Shown piece by piece: positions 39,259-49,990 of a DNA stretch of 64,000 nt (its first letter is position 1; each line of letters opens with the position of its first letter). The DNA is from Callorhinchus milii (Eukaryota). A model generated the notes under the pieces. It did not search any database, was not told where the DNA came from, and was given only the letters and a program-made list of their open reading frames with translations. The stretch is taken from assembly GCF_018977255.1 (NCBI RefSeq), contig NW_024704743.1:46936001-47000000 (forward strand), in the 5' to 3' direction. Position numbers and translations under genes: made by a program.

Positions 39259-41885
39259 TCATAGATTTATTGAATGTTATGGCACAGAAGGAGGCCATTC
39301 GGCCCATCGAGTCTGTGCCAGCTCTTTGATAGACAAGTCACTTTCACTAACCCCAATCACCAGCTTTCTCCCCATAACCCTTCAAACCCGTCTTCCCCAG
39401 ATACCTATCCAGTTCTCTCTTAAAAGCTGTTATTGAATCGGACATCACTACCCTTTCAGGCAAATCATTCCAAATTCGAACAACTCGCTGAGTGAAAATA
39501 ATCTTCTAATCTCCCCTTTGCTTCTTTTGGCAGATATCTTAAGACTGTGACCACGGGTCACGGACACACCTACCAGCCGAAACAGCTTTTCCTTATCTAG
39601 CTTGTCAAAATCTTTCATGATCTTGAAGACCTCTATCAGGTCCCCGCGTAACCTTCTCTGCTCTAATGGGAAAAGTCCTAACTTCTCCAGCTGTCCTCAT
39701 AGCTAACGTTCACCATTCCTGGTATCATTCTCGTGAATCTCCTCTGCACCCTTTCCAGTGCCTTAATGTCCTTCCTGAAGTAAGGTGCCCAGAACTGGAC
39801 GCAGTGCTCCAGCTGAGGTCTAACCAGTGCTTTGTATACATTAACAATAACCTCCCTACTCTTATACTCTATGGCCCTACTAATAAAGCTCAGTACACCA
39901 AATGCCTTTTTTACAGCCTTTTCTACCTGTCCCGCTACCTTTAATGATTCGCTTACTTGAACTCCCAGATCTCTCTGTACGTTTACCTCCCCTTAAGATT
40001 GAGCTACCAAGTCTATATTGCCTCCTATCATTCTTCCTACCTACGTGTATCACCTCACACTTATCCACATTGAAATCCATCTGCCACATGTCAGCCCATT
40101 CTACCATGTTGTGTATGTCTGCTTGCAGTTGGTTAGAGTCCTCCTCATTACTTACTACCCTGCCTAACTTTGTATCATCTGCAAACTTGGAAATAGTGCT
40201 CTCTACGCCCAAGTCCAGATCATTAATATATATTAGAAAGAGCAGTGGTCCCAATACTGATCCCTGGGGGACACCGCTGCACACCTCCTTCCATTTCGAG
40301 AAACACCCATTAACCACCACCCTCTGCTTTCTGTCACTCAGCCAGTTCTTAATCCAAGCTGCCATTGTTCCCTTAATACCATGGGCCTCTAATTATTTTT
40401 ATTAATCTCTTATGTGGTGCTGTGTCAAAAGCCTTTTTGAAATCCATGTAAATAACATCCACCGCATTTCCCTCATCAACCCTCGCAGTCACCTCTTCAA
40501 AAAATTCTAATTGATTTGTTAGGCAAGATTTGCCTTTAACAAATCCATGTTGGCTGTCTCTAATTACCTCATGTTCCTCTAAGTAGAGATTTATTCTGTC
40601 CCGGATTATGGTCTCCAGTAGTTTTCCTATTACCGAAGTTAGACTGGCCTGTAATTTCCGGGTTTGTCTTTCTGCCCCTTTTTGTAGAGGGGGGTAACAT
40701 TAGCCACTCTCCAGTCTCTTGGCAACACTCCTGTGTCCATTGAAGATTGAAATATAATGGCCAAAGCCTCCGCTATTTGAACCCATATCTCCCACAGCAA
40801 CCTTGGGTGAAATCCATCTGGTCCTGGTTACTTATCAATTTTGAGCCCAGTCAATTTTTTCAGAACTTCCTCTCTGTCTATAGCAATCTGATCTATTTTA
40901 TCTGCCCTCTCATCCAATACTGAAGGATTTGGGGCATCCATTTCCGTTGTGAAGACAGATGCAAAGTATTTGTTCAGTACATCAGCCATGCCCTCTGCCT
41001 CCACAACAAGATTGCAGTCACAGTCTTTGATTGGTCTCACCCTACCTTTAACTAACCTTTTTTCCTTTATGTGCTTGTAAAATATTTTAGGATTCCCCTT
41101 TATGTTCACCGCTAACCTCTTCTCATGCGATCTTTTAGCCTGTCTTATCACTCTTAAGATCACTCCTGCATTCTCTATAATGAGTTTTGCTATCCTCAGG
41201 ATCTTGCGTCTTCCAATTGTCGTACGCCGTCTTTTTTTCATCCAAGACAGAATATCCCTGGTCATCCAGGCTGGCTTGGTTGTCGCACATTTCCCATTTG
41301 TGGGAATATATCTATTTAGACCTTGAGCTACCATATCTTTGAAGATTTCCCATTGCTCATGAGTTGTTTTACCTGCTAGTCTTACTTGCCAGTCCACCAC
41401 CTCTAGGTCCCTATTTAGCCCATCAAAATTAGTCCTTTTCCAGTCAAGCATTTTCACCCTTTACTGTACTTTGTCCCTGTTCTTGAGTAATCTAAATCTA
41501 ATAATATTATGGTCACTGTTACCTAGATGCTCCCCTCCAGAAACCCGTTCAACCTGACCTATTTCATTCCCCAGGACTAGATCCAGCAATGCTTCCTTCC
41601 TTGTAGGACTGGCGATATGCTGCTCAAGAAAGTTTTCCTGTACACAGTCTATGAATCTTTCTCCTGCCTTGTCCTTAGTGCTGCTATTTTGGCAGAATAT
41701 ATTGGGATAATTGAAATCCCCCATTATGACAACTCTGTTTGCCTTACATCTATCTGCGATCTGGTTGCAGATCTGCTCCTCTATCTCCTTCCTGCTGTCT
41801 GGTCGTCTATAGTAAACCCTAATCAGTGTAACCAGTCTCTAATCAGATGGATTCTGTTGTCAGGCTCTCCAGAGCCACGTTCCTT
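39259..41885 (-). mobile_element. CR1 LINE, disrupted (module J, copy 2)
   Basis: Collinear with 21785-24415; same EN and RT motifs. Confidence 0.96.
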
Positions 41886-41888
41886 TCT

Positions 41889-42002
41889 CCCCTCTTGGGA
41901 CCCCTCTTGGGACCCCTCTTGGGACCCCTCTTGGGACCCCTCTTGGGACCCCTCTTGGGACCCCTCTTGGGACCCCTCTTGGGACCCCTCTTGGGACCCC
42001 TC
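41889..42002 (+). repeat. Perfect 12-bp array (CCCCTCTTGGGA)n, 9.5 units
   Basis: Directly visible with no mismatches. Confidence 0.98.
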
Positions 42003-42049
42003 GAAACTATACACATGAAGGATATTATGCAAATGCAAGATGTTGTTGG

Positions 42050-43080
42050 TGTTGTTGGATAGTCCTGTTGAATTTTAGTTTGCAGTTGATTTTTATGCTG
42101 CCAATCATTAAGATATTTCAGTAAACTGAGCCAAATATTTTAGCAACATTTGACTTCATGTACTCAACAGGGGGCAGTGTTTCTCTAAAAAAAACAGGAG
42201 GTCTCTACACCTTGGGAATCTATTGTGTTGACATTCTGTTAAACTCTATCTCTCTCGTTGGGAAGCGACTGTGTATGTATTTGTTCCATTATTGTCTTAA
42301 ACAGATCTTTGACTAGGTCTATGGTGTGAGAAGGTTGGAACGCTTTTTGGAATGTGCCTCTGTGCAGAGAATGGGTATGGACAGTGGATGAACAGCCTTT
42401 TTTCTATTTGACACGATAAAAAAAATAATGTCATTAATGACTTGACACTGCAATACAAATAGTGCACAAAGGCCCCCTTCCATTGGAGTTTTGAATTCAG
42501 CTCATTCATGTGGCCCATGATATCAATGGCAAATGCGAAATCAGAGAGCCAATTCCCATCATTCAGCTGTGGGAAATCTGAATCTTTTTGTTTCATGTCC
42601 AAAAAAAATCAATCTCTGTTCTCAGTTCCACACTCTTTTTAAGACCTTTCCTAAACTAAGCCAATCTTACATTCGTGTGATACAGAACATCCGTGTGCTC
42701 GGATTTCAATTCCTCAAGCAGGGTTACAAATTGCTTATGGTTTAATCCTCTTGCTCGAATGTAGTTGACCACTTTCATATTTGCGTCCATGACATTGCTT
42801 AGTTTTAGAACACTCTTACAGAGGACCTCTTGGTAGATAAGTCAGTGTAGAAAAATAATATTCTGTTCTGGATTTGTTTCTTTGACTTTGACTCCACTCC
42901 TAATTTTAAGACATATTTACTGCCTCCAAAAAGTCTTCTCCAGTTGTCGTATCTTTCATTGACTGCATTGATGCCAATTCTTCTGTGAGCTCAAAATGTT
43001 TGGTGATACCTCAAATACAAATTATCAACTGGGCTGCGTCTTTGACATCACAACTCTCATTGAGTGCCAGTGAAAAACAT
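42050..43080 (-). mobile_element. Degraded hAT (Charlie/SPIN, GTF2IRD2-like) transposase remnant
   Basis: Minus strand reads FSLALNESCDVKDAAQL...FELTEELASMQSMKDTTTGEDF near 43075-42930 and FPQLNDGNWLSDFAFAIDIMGHMNELNSKLQ near 42575-42485; stops and frameshifts; no TIRs recognised. Confidence 0.85.
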
Positions 43081-43099
43081 GCAAAATTGCTTACTTTAT

Positions 43100-43255
43100 T
43101 TTGTAAGTGAGAGACCTGGGTTCGATTCCCTGCAGGGTAAAACCTTGGGCAAGTTTCCTTACTCCACATGCCTGATAATAATCCCTCAACAAAAAAAAAT
43201 TATAATTTGGTCACTTCAATCCATGACTGTTTGTGGGACATTATTATTATTATAA
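43100..43255 (+). mobile_element. Partial tRNA-derived SINE
   Basis: GTGAGAGACCTGGGTTCGATTCCC (box B) followed by AAACCTTGGGCAAGTTTCCTTACTCCAC, shared with 55368 and 56720. Confidence 0.8.
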
Positions 43256-43894
43256 CTGCACACAATTTTTATTTTTTAAAATTTTTTATTGCATTGCATT
43301 TATTTAATGCCTTTCACCTCAGGAGGACTTAGACTCAAAGTCCAGGGTGACACAACTGCAGTGACATCTTGATATTAAAGATGCAATATCAAATGTAAAG
43401 ATTATTATTCATGTTTTTGTAACCAGCATAAATAACTGCAATCACATTGATATAATGCTTATTGTGAGTTCTCTGGGGCTAGGAGAGAAGGAGATTATAG
43501 TGTTTAAGATTTTGTGTTCACGTGTAGAAAAAGGCAAGCATAATACTTAAAAAATCTTAATATAAAAACTGCATTAAATGCTGCTTTACCCTTATGCCTT
43601 GCCATGAAATCTTACTCATAGAGGATAACCCTAGCCAATGGTAATAATTGCCTTTGATATAGTGCCTACAACATTGAAAAAACATCTCAAACCTCTTCAC
43701 AGGACATTCTGTTACTATAGTATTTGTGTTTTTGTAGCTGAACAAAGTAGCCAATTGCACACAATGTCCCACAAACAGGTATGAAGCGAATGATCAAGTT
43801 TATCTGGAAGATAAATGAAGACCAGCAATCCCAGTGCCTTTTAGAAATACAACAACGTACAACAATTTGTATTTACAGAAGACAAAAACAGTAC

Positions 43895-44180
43895 AAACAA
43901 CCATGAAGTGAATGATCACTTTTATCTGGATAACTGTTGATCAGGTGCTGGGAGAAACTCTTTTTTGAATAGTGGCATGGGATCTTTAACGTTCATCTGA
44001 AAAGGCAGACAAGACCTCAGTTTAATGTCTTATCCAAAGGACAGCACCTTTAACATTGCGGCACTCACCCAGCACTGTATTGAAGTGTCAGCCTATACTG
44101 TGAGTTCAAAGTCCTGACACAAGGCTTGAACCCACAACCTTCTGACTCAGAGGTGAGAATGTTACCACCTGAGCCAGACT
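43895..44180 (-). mobile_element. tRNA-headed SINE with a Deu-domain-like core
   Basis: Minus strand TGGCTCAGGTGG...GGTTCAAGCC head, then a TAAACTGAGGTC...GTTAAAGATCCCATGCCACTATTC core recalled as typical of DeuSINEs; similar cores at ~48465, 52520, 52925 and 60300. Confidence 0.72.
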
Positions 44181-44814
44181 GACACACAAGCTTCCTCACC
44201 TCACATTAACATCAGCAAAGATGTGTTAGACCCTGATAAGACCTGACTGGTAATTCTGTTCTGTTGCATGAGCAAGGGATGTTGAAATTTTCATTGAAAA
44301 AAATTAATGACATAGAATTATGAGCATTGATCGATTTCTTTAAAAGTAATTCTTCAAAAGCCTTCACACATTTTAACAACCAGTGCCAGTTAATCCAAGT
44401 TAAACAAAATAGCCACTGCTATTTATGGATGCTTTCATATAAATCTTTTACAAACACTCAAAGGAAACATTCCTGCTAATCAGGATCAATGCATTTACTT
44501 TGACTGGGTTTCATCTTAGTTTAAAACATTAAGCAATCCTGTCCATAGACATCTCTAACGGCAGTAAAACATTTTTTTCTTGGTTACATTAACAGGAAGC
44601 AGATGAGATTAATATTGGAAAACCATCAGTTGTACACATAGTTTTCTCTCTATTCCCAATATCTGTCCTGGTTCTAACTCAATAGGGACAATAGCATGAG
44701 GAGACCCCTACATGGCTGTTCCCATTAAAGGTTTCTACTGTAATATATAGTATTTTGATCTCCTTACAAAGGAATGGGCATGTGTCCAGTGAGTAACTAA
44801 TCATACACCAATAA

Positions 44815-45950
44815 CTTGTGTTTATATAGCGCCCTTCATGCGGGCTGGCTGGAGTCTAACAATGAGCTGGGGGAGAGGGAGTGGGGACCGTAAGCATGAT
44901 CATAAAGGAAGGTCTTTAGGTGGGATTAGAAGGTGGGGGGGCAAGGCGGAGGGAGAGAATTCCAGAGTTTCAGGGCTTAGTGGCTGAAGGCACGGGCACC
45001 AATGGTGGAGCGAAGGGGACAAGGGATAAACAGGAGACCAAAGGCAGCGGGTGGTGGAGTGAGGGGTAAGCAGGTCGGGAGGTGCGAGAGCATGAAGGGA
45101 TTTGAAAACAAGTGAGAGAATCTTGAAATTGATCTGTTCAGTAATTGGGAGCCAGTGGAGCCTGGAAGGATTGGGGTGATGAGTTTTGTGTGGGTGAGCA
45201 TCTGGGTGGCAGAGTTTTTAATTAATTTTATTTTGTGTATGGTGGAGCTGGGGAGATCAGCGAGGTGGGCATTAGAATAGTCCAGAGGAGTGGATGAGGG
45301 TTCGGGATGCATTGGCTGTGAGGTAGGGACGGAGACCAACAATGTGACAGAGGTGAAAAAAGCAATCCTGGTCAGCTACCGGATGTGGGGTAGAAAGAAA
45401 AGCTGGAGATTGAACCTGATGCCTAAGTTGCGCACGGGTTTGGAGAGTCTGAGGGAGAGCCTGGGGAGATTGAGAAGTTCAGACCCACAAGAGAAAAGAT
45501 GTTGACTAGCCAAAGAGTATTGCTTCTGTCTTGCCGACATTCAGCTGCAGGAAATTTGCGCTCATTCAGACCTTGATATCCGCCAAACATGCTGGCAGGA
45601 CATTAGTGGACTAGGAGTCGCAGATGGAGCAGGAGAAGTAGATTTGGACGTCACCGCACACATGTGGAAGTTGACCCCCTGTCTGCGGATGACATCGCCG
45701 AGTGGGAGCATAGAATCATTGTAGAGCACAGAAGGAGGCCATTCGGCCCATCGTGTCTGTGCTGGCTCTTTGAAAAGAGCTTTCCAATTCAATCCCACTC
45801 CCCTGCTCTCTCCCCGTAGCCATGCAAACATGTTCTCCCAATATTTATCCAATAATTATCTTGTAGTTGAGGAGAAGAGGACCAATGATGGATCCTTGAG
45901 GTACCTCGCAGGTGACTGGGCAGGGGCAAGCGGGAAAAAAACATTTGCCA
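44815..45950 (-). mobile_element. Old L2 fragment interrupted by a CR1 3' tail (~45711-45860)
   Basis: LDYSNA, RSTIGARAFS and MLPLGDVIRRQGVNFHM motifs; the insert matches the CR1 tail at 21790-21950 (CACAGAAGGAGGCCATTCGGCCCATCG). Confidence 0.8.
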
Positions 45951-47277
45951 ATATGTATTGTTGCCAGTTTGTTGTTAGAACTAGGAATTATATGAAAATA
46001 TTACTCATTTCTCACTGTGATATTCTTCAGCAGGCACACATCCTGGAGTTTCAATTGAGTTTTCTGTAAACACAACAATAATTTGTTTATCTATATATAC
46101 ATTTATATAGCTCCCTTCACACTGGGTAATGTCTCAGAGTGCTTAAAGAAATCTACAATAAAGAATGCAAGGAATTATGCACCAGAAATGTTTTGCTTCT
46201 CTTTGGATAAGTATGAACAATATCATGGTAAAAGGTTATAAGTGGGTTGTGTTTTTTTGGTAATTTTCTTGCAGGGTTAATAGGAGTTGAGTGGGATGAC
46301 TCCCTGCCCCCAGTGACTGGTCTGCCCTTCCAAGCCCTGTTGATGAGCCAGGCTGGCTGTGCAATCATCAGCAATGCCCTGAAATACTGCAGACCCATCT
46401 GGCTCAGGAACCTGTCTACTGAGACTGCCTGAAATGTTAACTTATCTTTCAGGTGCTGCTTGATTTGTGATCTATTTCCATGGTTTTGGTAACACAGAAC
46501 ATTGATGTTGTCATTGCTGATGTATTGGACATGGTGCCACAGCAGCTCAGTCCCATAGAGTGGTCAACAAATGTGTTAACTGACAGGTTCACTACATAGC
46601 AGATTTACAGCACAGAAGCCGACCATTGTATCTGCGACGGATCTTTGAAAGAACAATCCATTCAGTCCCATTTGCCTGGCTTTTCCCCAAATGCCTGTAA
46701 ATTACACCTTTTTATATATCTATCTGATTTCCTCTTGAAAGCTAATAATGGATCCTGCTTGACCAAGGCACCCAGCAGGGCTTTACACATCCTAACCTCA
46801 GAGAGGTTCTGGGCTTTTGCTTTCTGTTAAATACAGTTCTGAGGTGTTGTCGCCACCTTCTGGCACTCTTCTGAACAAAGTAACAGCTTATCTTTGCACC
46901 TTTATGGACATTGCAAACAGTGGCAGTGGGGGTAGTGAAGCCAACTGAATGTTCTGTGAGAGGATTAGCATCTTTTAATAGTAACCTTATTTTTAACATA
47001 ATAGTCTAGATTGTGATCTAAAAATAATATTTCTCCCAAAATAACTTTTCCTTGACTAAATGAATACCATGGGAGTGCAAAATGCATCACAAATTCAATG
47101 TGATAATGTGAGTTTTTTACTTCTATCAGAGTTGGAAAGTAGCTTATTATCTACAACAGAACATCTTTTGTAATTTGCCTGTCTTTGATTTGCTATATTC
47201 TTTAATACTCAGCACTGTGAGGGATGTCAGTGTTGGGGAAACAGCACTTTAAACTTTGAGCACTAAGGTACAACATA

Positions 47278-47485
47278 AGAACAATAATAATCTTTACCTT
47301 TGATATGGGAAGATGTTTCAAAGTGCTTCACAGGATATAGTGTAAAGTGTAGTGACCGTGTGTTTTTGTAGGCGAACATTGCAACCAATTTCCACTCAGC
47401 AACATTCCACAAACAGTTGTGAAGTGAATGACCAATTTTATTTTGGGAGAATGTTGGCCAGGACACCAGGAGAAATTTCCTTCTC
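47278..47485 (-). mobile_element. SINE 3' half with L2-type tail
   Basis: Reverse complement of the CCTGTGAAGCACTTTG...ATCAAA...GATTATTATT tail family. Confidence 0.7.
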
Positions 47486-48464
47486 TTAACTCCAGGCACT
47501 CATAAGCCATGATCAGCACCACTAGCTGCAGAGTGACTGCCATCTACTCCTACCTTCAATTCGAAGCTTGGAAATCACTCCTTACTCTAGAGTACAACCT
47601 TTGCTTTTCATTTCCCAAATCAGCATCTCCAGAAATTACCTTGACTAAGACTGCTTTTATGGGATATAGTACATAGGTAGTTCGGGACACATCTGCATGT
47701 GACTGCCAGGAAGGTGGAAGGCGAACTAGATGGACCTTAGTCTTTTTTCGTTTAGCATTCTTTTCGTTCTTATGTTCTTATGCTGGCTGCATCCCCCACT
47801 CTCTCCACACCACCCCAGTGGCCAGTCCTTCTGTTACTTTGCCTCCAACTTCTGTATCTCCATCCCTGTTCCCCTTCATCTCATCCCCTATCTATCTGAC
47901 TTGAAATCACTCCTAAAAACCTCCCCTTTCCCCCAAATGTCAGGCTAGGTACTGGAAACATTTGTCTGCTCACTGTGAGGGCTGCTCATTTACTAGTTTA
48001 AAGTACAACTATTGTTCCAAATAGAAACGGTAAAGAGCCTCAGAACTTGAACAAAAAACAAATTAAAACTTTTTTGATCAGCTGGGTATCTGACATATTG
48101 TTAAGTTTAAGAGTATCCAAACTGGATTGAGAGTTGCACATGCGCTTGCCACTTATGAACTAAACTGGAATACACACTTTCTTGAATTAGATTGGAATGC
48201 ATACTTTCTTCCTGGATAGACCGCACCCTGCTTCCCTAATTACAGAAAGTATTAGGTGCAGGTTAACAGGATCACCAAGTATGTGTTGGGGTGCTGCTGG
48301 AGTTTAACCAACTAAACCCACATAGTTTGATTGAGACGACTGTCTGGGAAGCTTCCCACTGCTTCAAATATATTTAAAAAATGGTCAACAGCTGTTTGGA
48401 AAATAAGCAATTTGGAACCAAATCCACTGAACTGTTTTACTCATTCAATTTAGTAATGTGTGTC

Positions 48465-48700
48465 GGTCTAGCTCAGTTGGAGGAGCTCTCTCACCCTTGA
48501 GTCCAAAGTTTGTGGATACAGGCTACAAGAAAATGAGTCAGAAGGTTATGTATTTTGAGTAGACACCTCAACACACATTAGGGGTATGCTGCATTATAGG
48601 AGGTGCCATCCTTCAAATGAGTCATTAAGTCAAGGTTCCATCTGCCTGCTCAGGTAGACTTTAAAAATTCCATGGCACGCGTTCCTCTTTGAAGAGTTGA
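48465..48700 (+). mobile_element. Degraded Deu-type SINE
   Basis: TAGCTCAGTTGG box A and a GGAGGTGCCATCCTTCAAATGAG...CCATGGCAC core. Confidence 0.6.
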
Positions 48701-48979
48701 GTCTTGCTCTTGTTAAATACTAATATTGGTGTCACCTGTGGATGATCTAAAGACCTATCTGTGAAACTTTCAAACAGGAATATACTGAAGTGAAATCAAT
48801 AGGTATTTGAGATACCCATCTCCATCATCCTCCATCCAATTGCCTCCACTCTGCTTGGCCAAAACCAATTGTATTAAAAGAGGTATGTTGCATCAATATC
48901 ACCTGTAAATTACACAATCACAAGTATGATATGTATGAAGAAGATCTTTTGCTCATTTGATCACATCCTTGCAGAATGA

Positions 48980-49135
48980 CTATCTTCATCAAGTGATTTT
49001 GTAAATGAATCCAATGCCCTGGCCTCAACCATCCTTCCCAGTAACAAATTGCAGCTATTAATTATCCTCTGCGTAATGAAATGTTTCCTGGTGTCTGTTC
49101 TAAAGCTGCCCTTTGCATCCCTGTACCTATGCTCT
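48980..49135 (-). mobile_element. CR1 3' ORF2 fragment
   Basis: FRTDTRKHFITQRIINSCNLL matches the CR1 C-terminal pattern. Confidence 0.65.
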
Positions 49136-49619
49136 CTTTCTGCCTTGGCAAGTTTACAGTATATTCTGTGATGTGCTTTGAGACGTCTCAACGAAATGAT
49201 AAGGCAAGGATTATTATTATTATTATGCAGCCAGAATGCCTTACAAGAAAGTACTTTCTGCCTTACAAGAAAGTATTGTTCCAAGTTTACTTTCTCTATT
49301 CTACTTAGCAATTTATGTATTTCTAAAAGGTCACCTTCTGAGTTGCTTGTCGTGCCATTCCGTACAGATTATCCCACTCACTGGCCAGATCCAAGTAATA
49401 CCTAGTGAGCAGCCTTTCCATATTGCAGGAACCAACGCCATGCAGAGCAGCTCCTGCAAATAGACATTGGAAACTGGAAATTCCCCCTAATCTTAACCTG
49501 TCAATCCATTTTGTCTTAACTTTTACAATTGAGTAGGAAGATGGAATATCTTAAAATTTGCTCTTAATTTGGAAGAGAGATTTCCACAGTTTCTTAAAAA
49601 GAATAAACTTCCCAATTAG

Positions 49620-49990
49620 GACTGAATTTTCTGAGCAAAGGCAGCAGCTTGGTCGGTGGGGTTTAAGGAGCTTGCAGAGGTAAGGTGGGATAAAAATGTG
49701 GAGGGATTTAAAGGTGAGAATGAGGATTTTGAACTTGATCTGCTAGGAATGGGCAGCGAAACCTGGTGGGGGTGAGCAAGTTGGCTGCAGAATTCCAGAT
49801 AGTCTGCAGCCTTTGCAGGGAAGAACTGGGGAGTCCAATGAATAGTATTGTCATAGAGCTGGAAGAATTTATCTGTTGGCATAATCTCTTCACATTCTGT
49901 CCCATTGGCACATGTCTATGCTTTCATTGCAGTATAACAATCAAACTGAATCTCCGTCCAAACATCCTTGGACTGGATAACAGGTTGATT
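49620..49990 (-). mobile_element. Degraded L2 fragment
   Basis: GLPSSSLQRLQTIWNSAANLLT followed by QVQNPH (a frameshifted IKFKIL). Confidence 0.65.
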
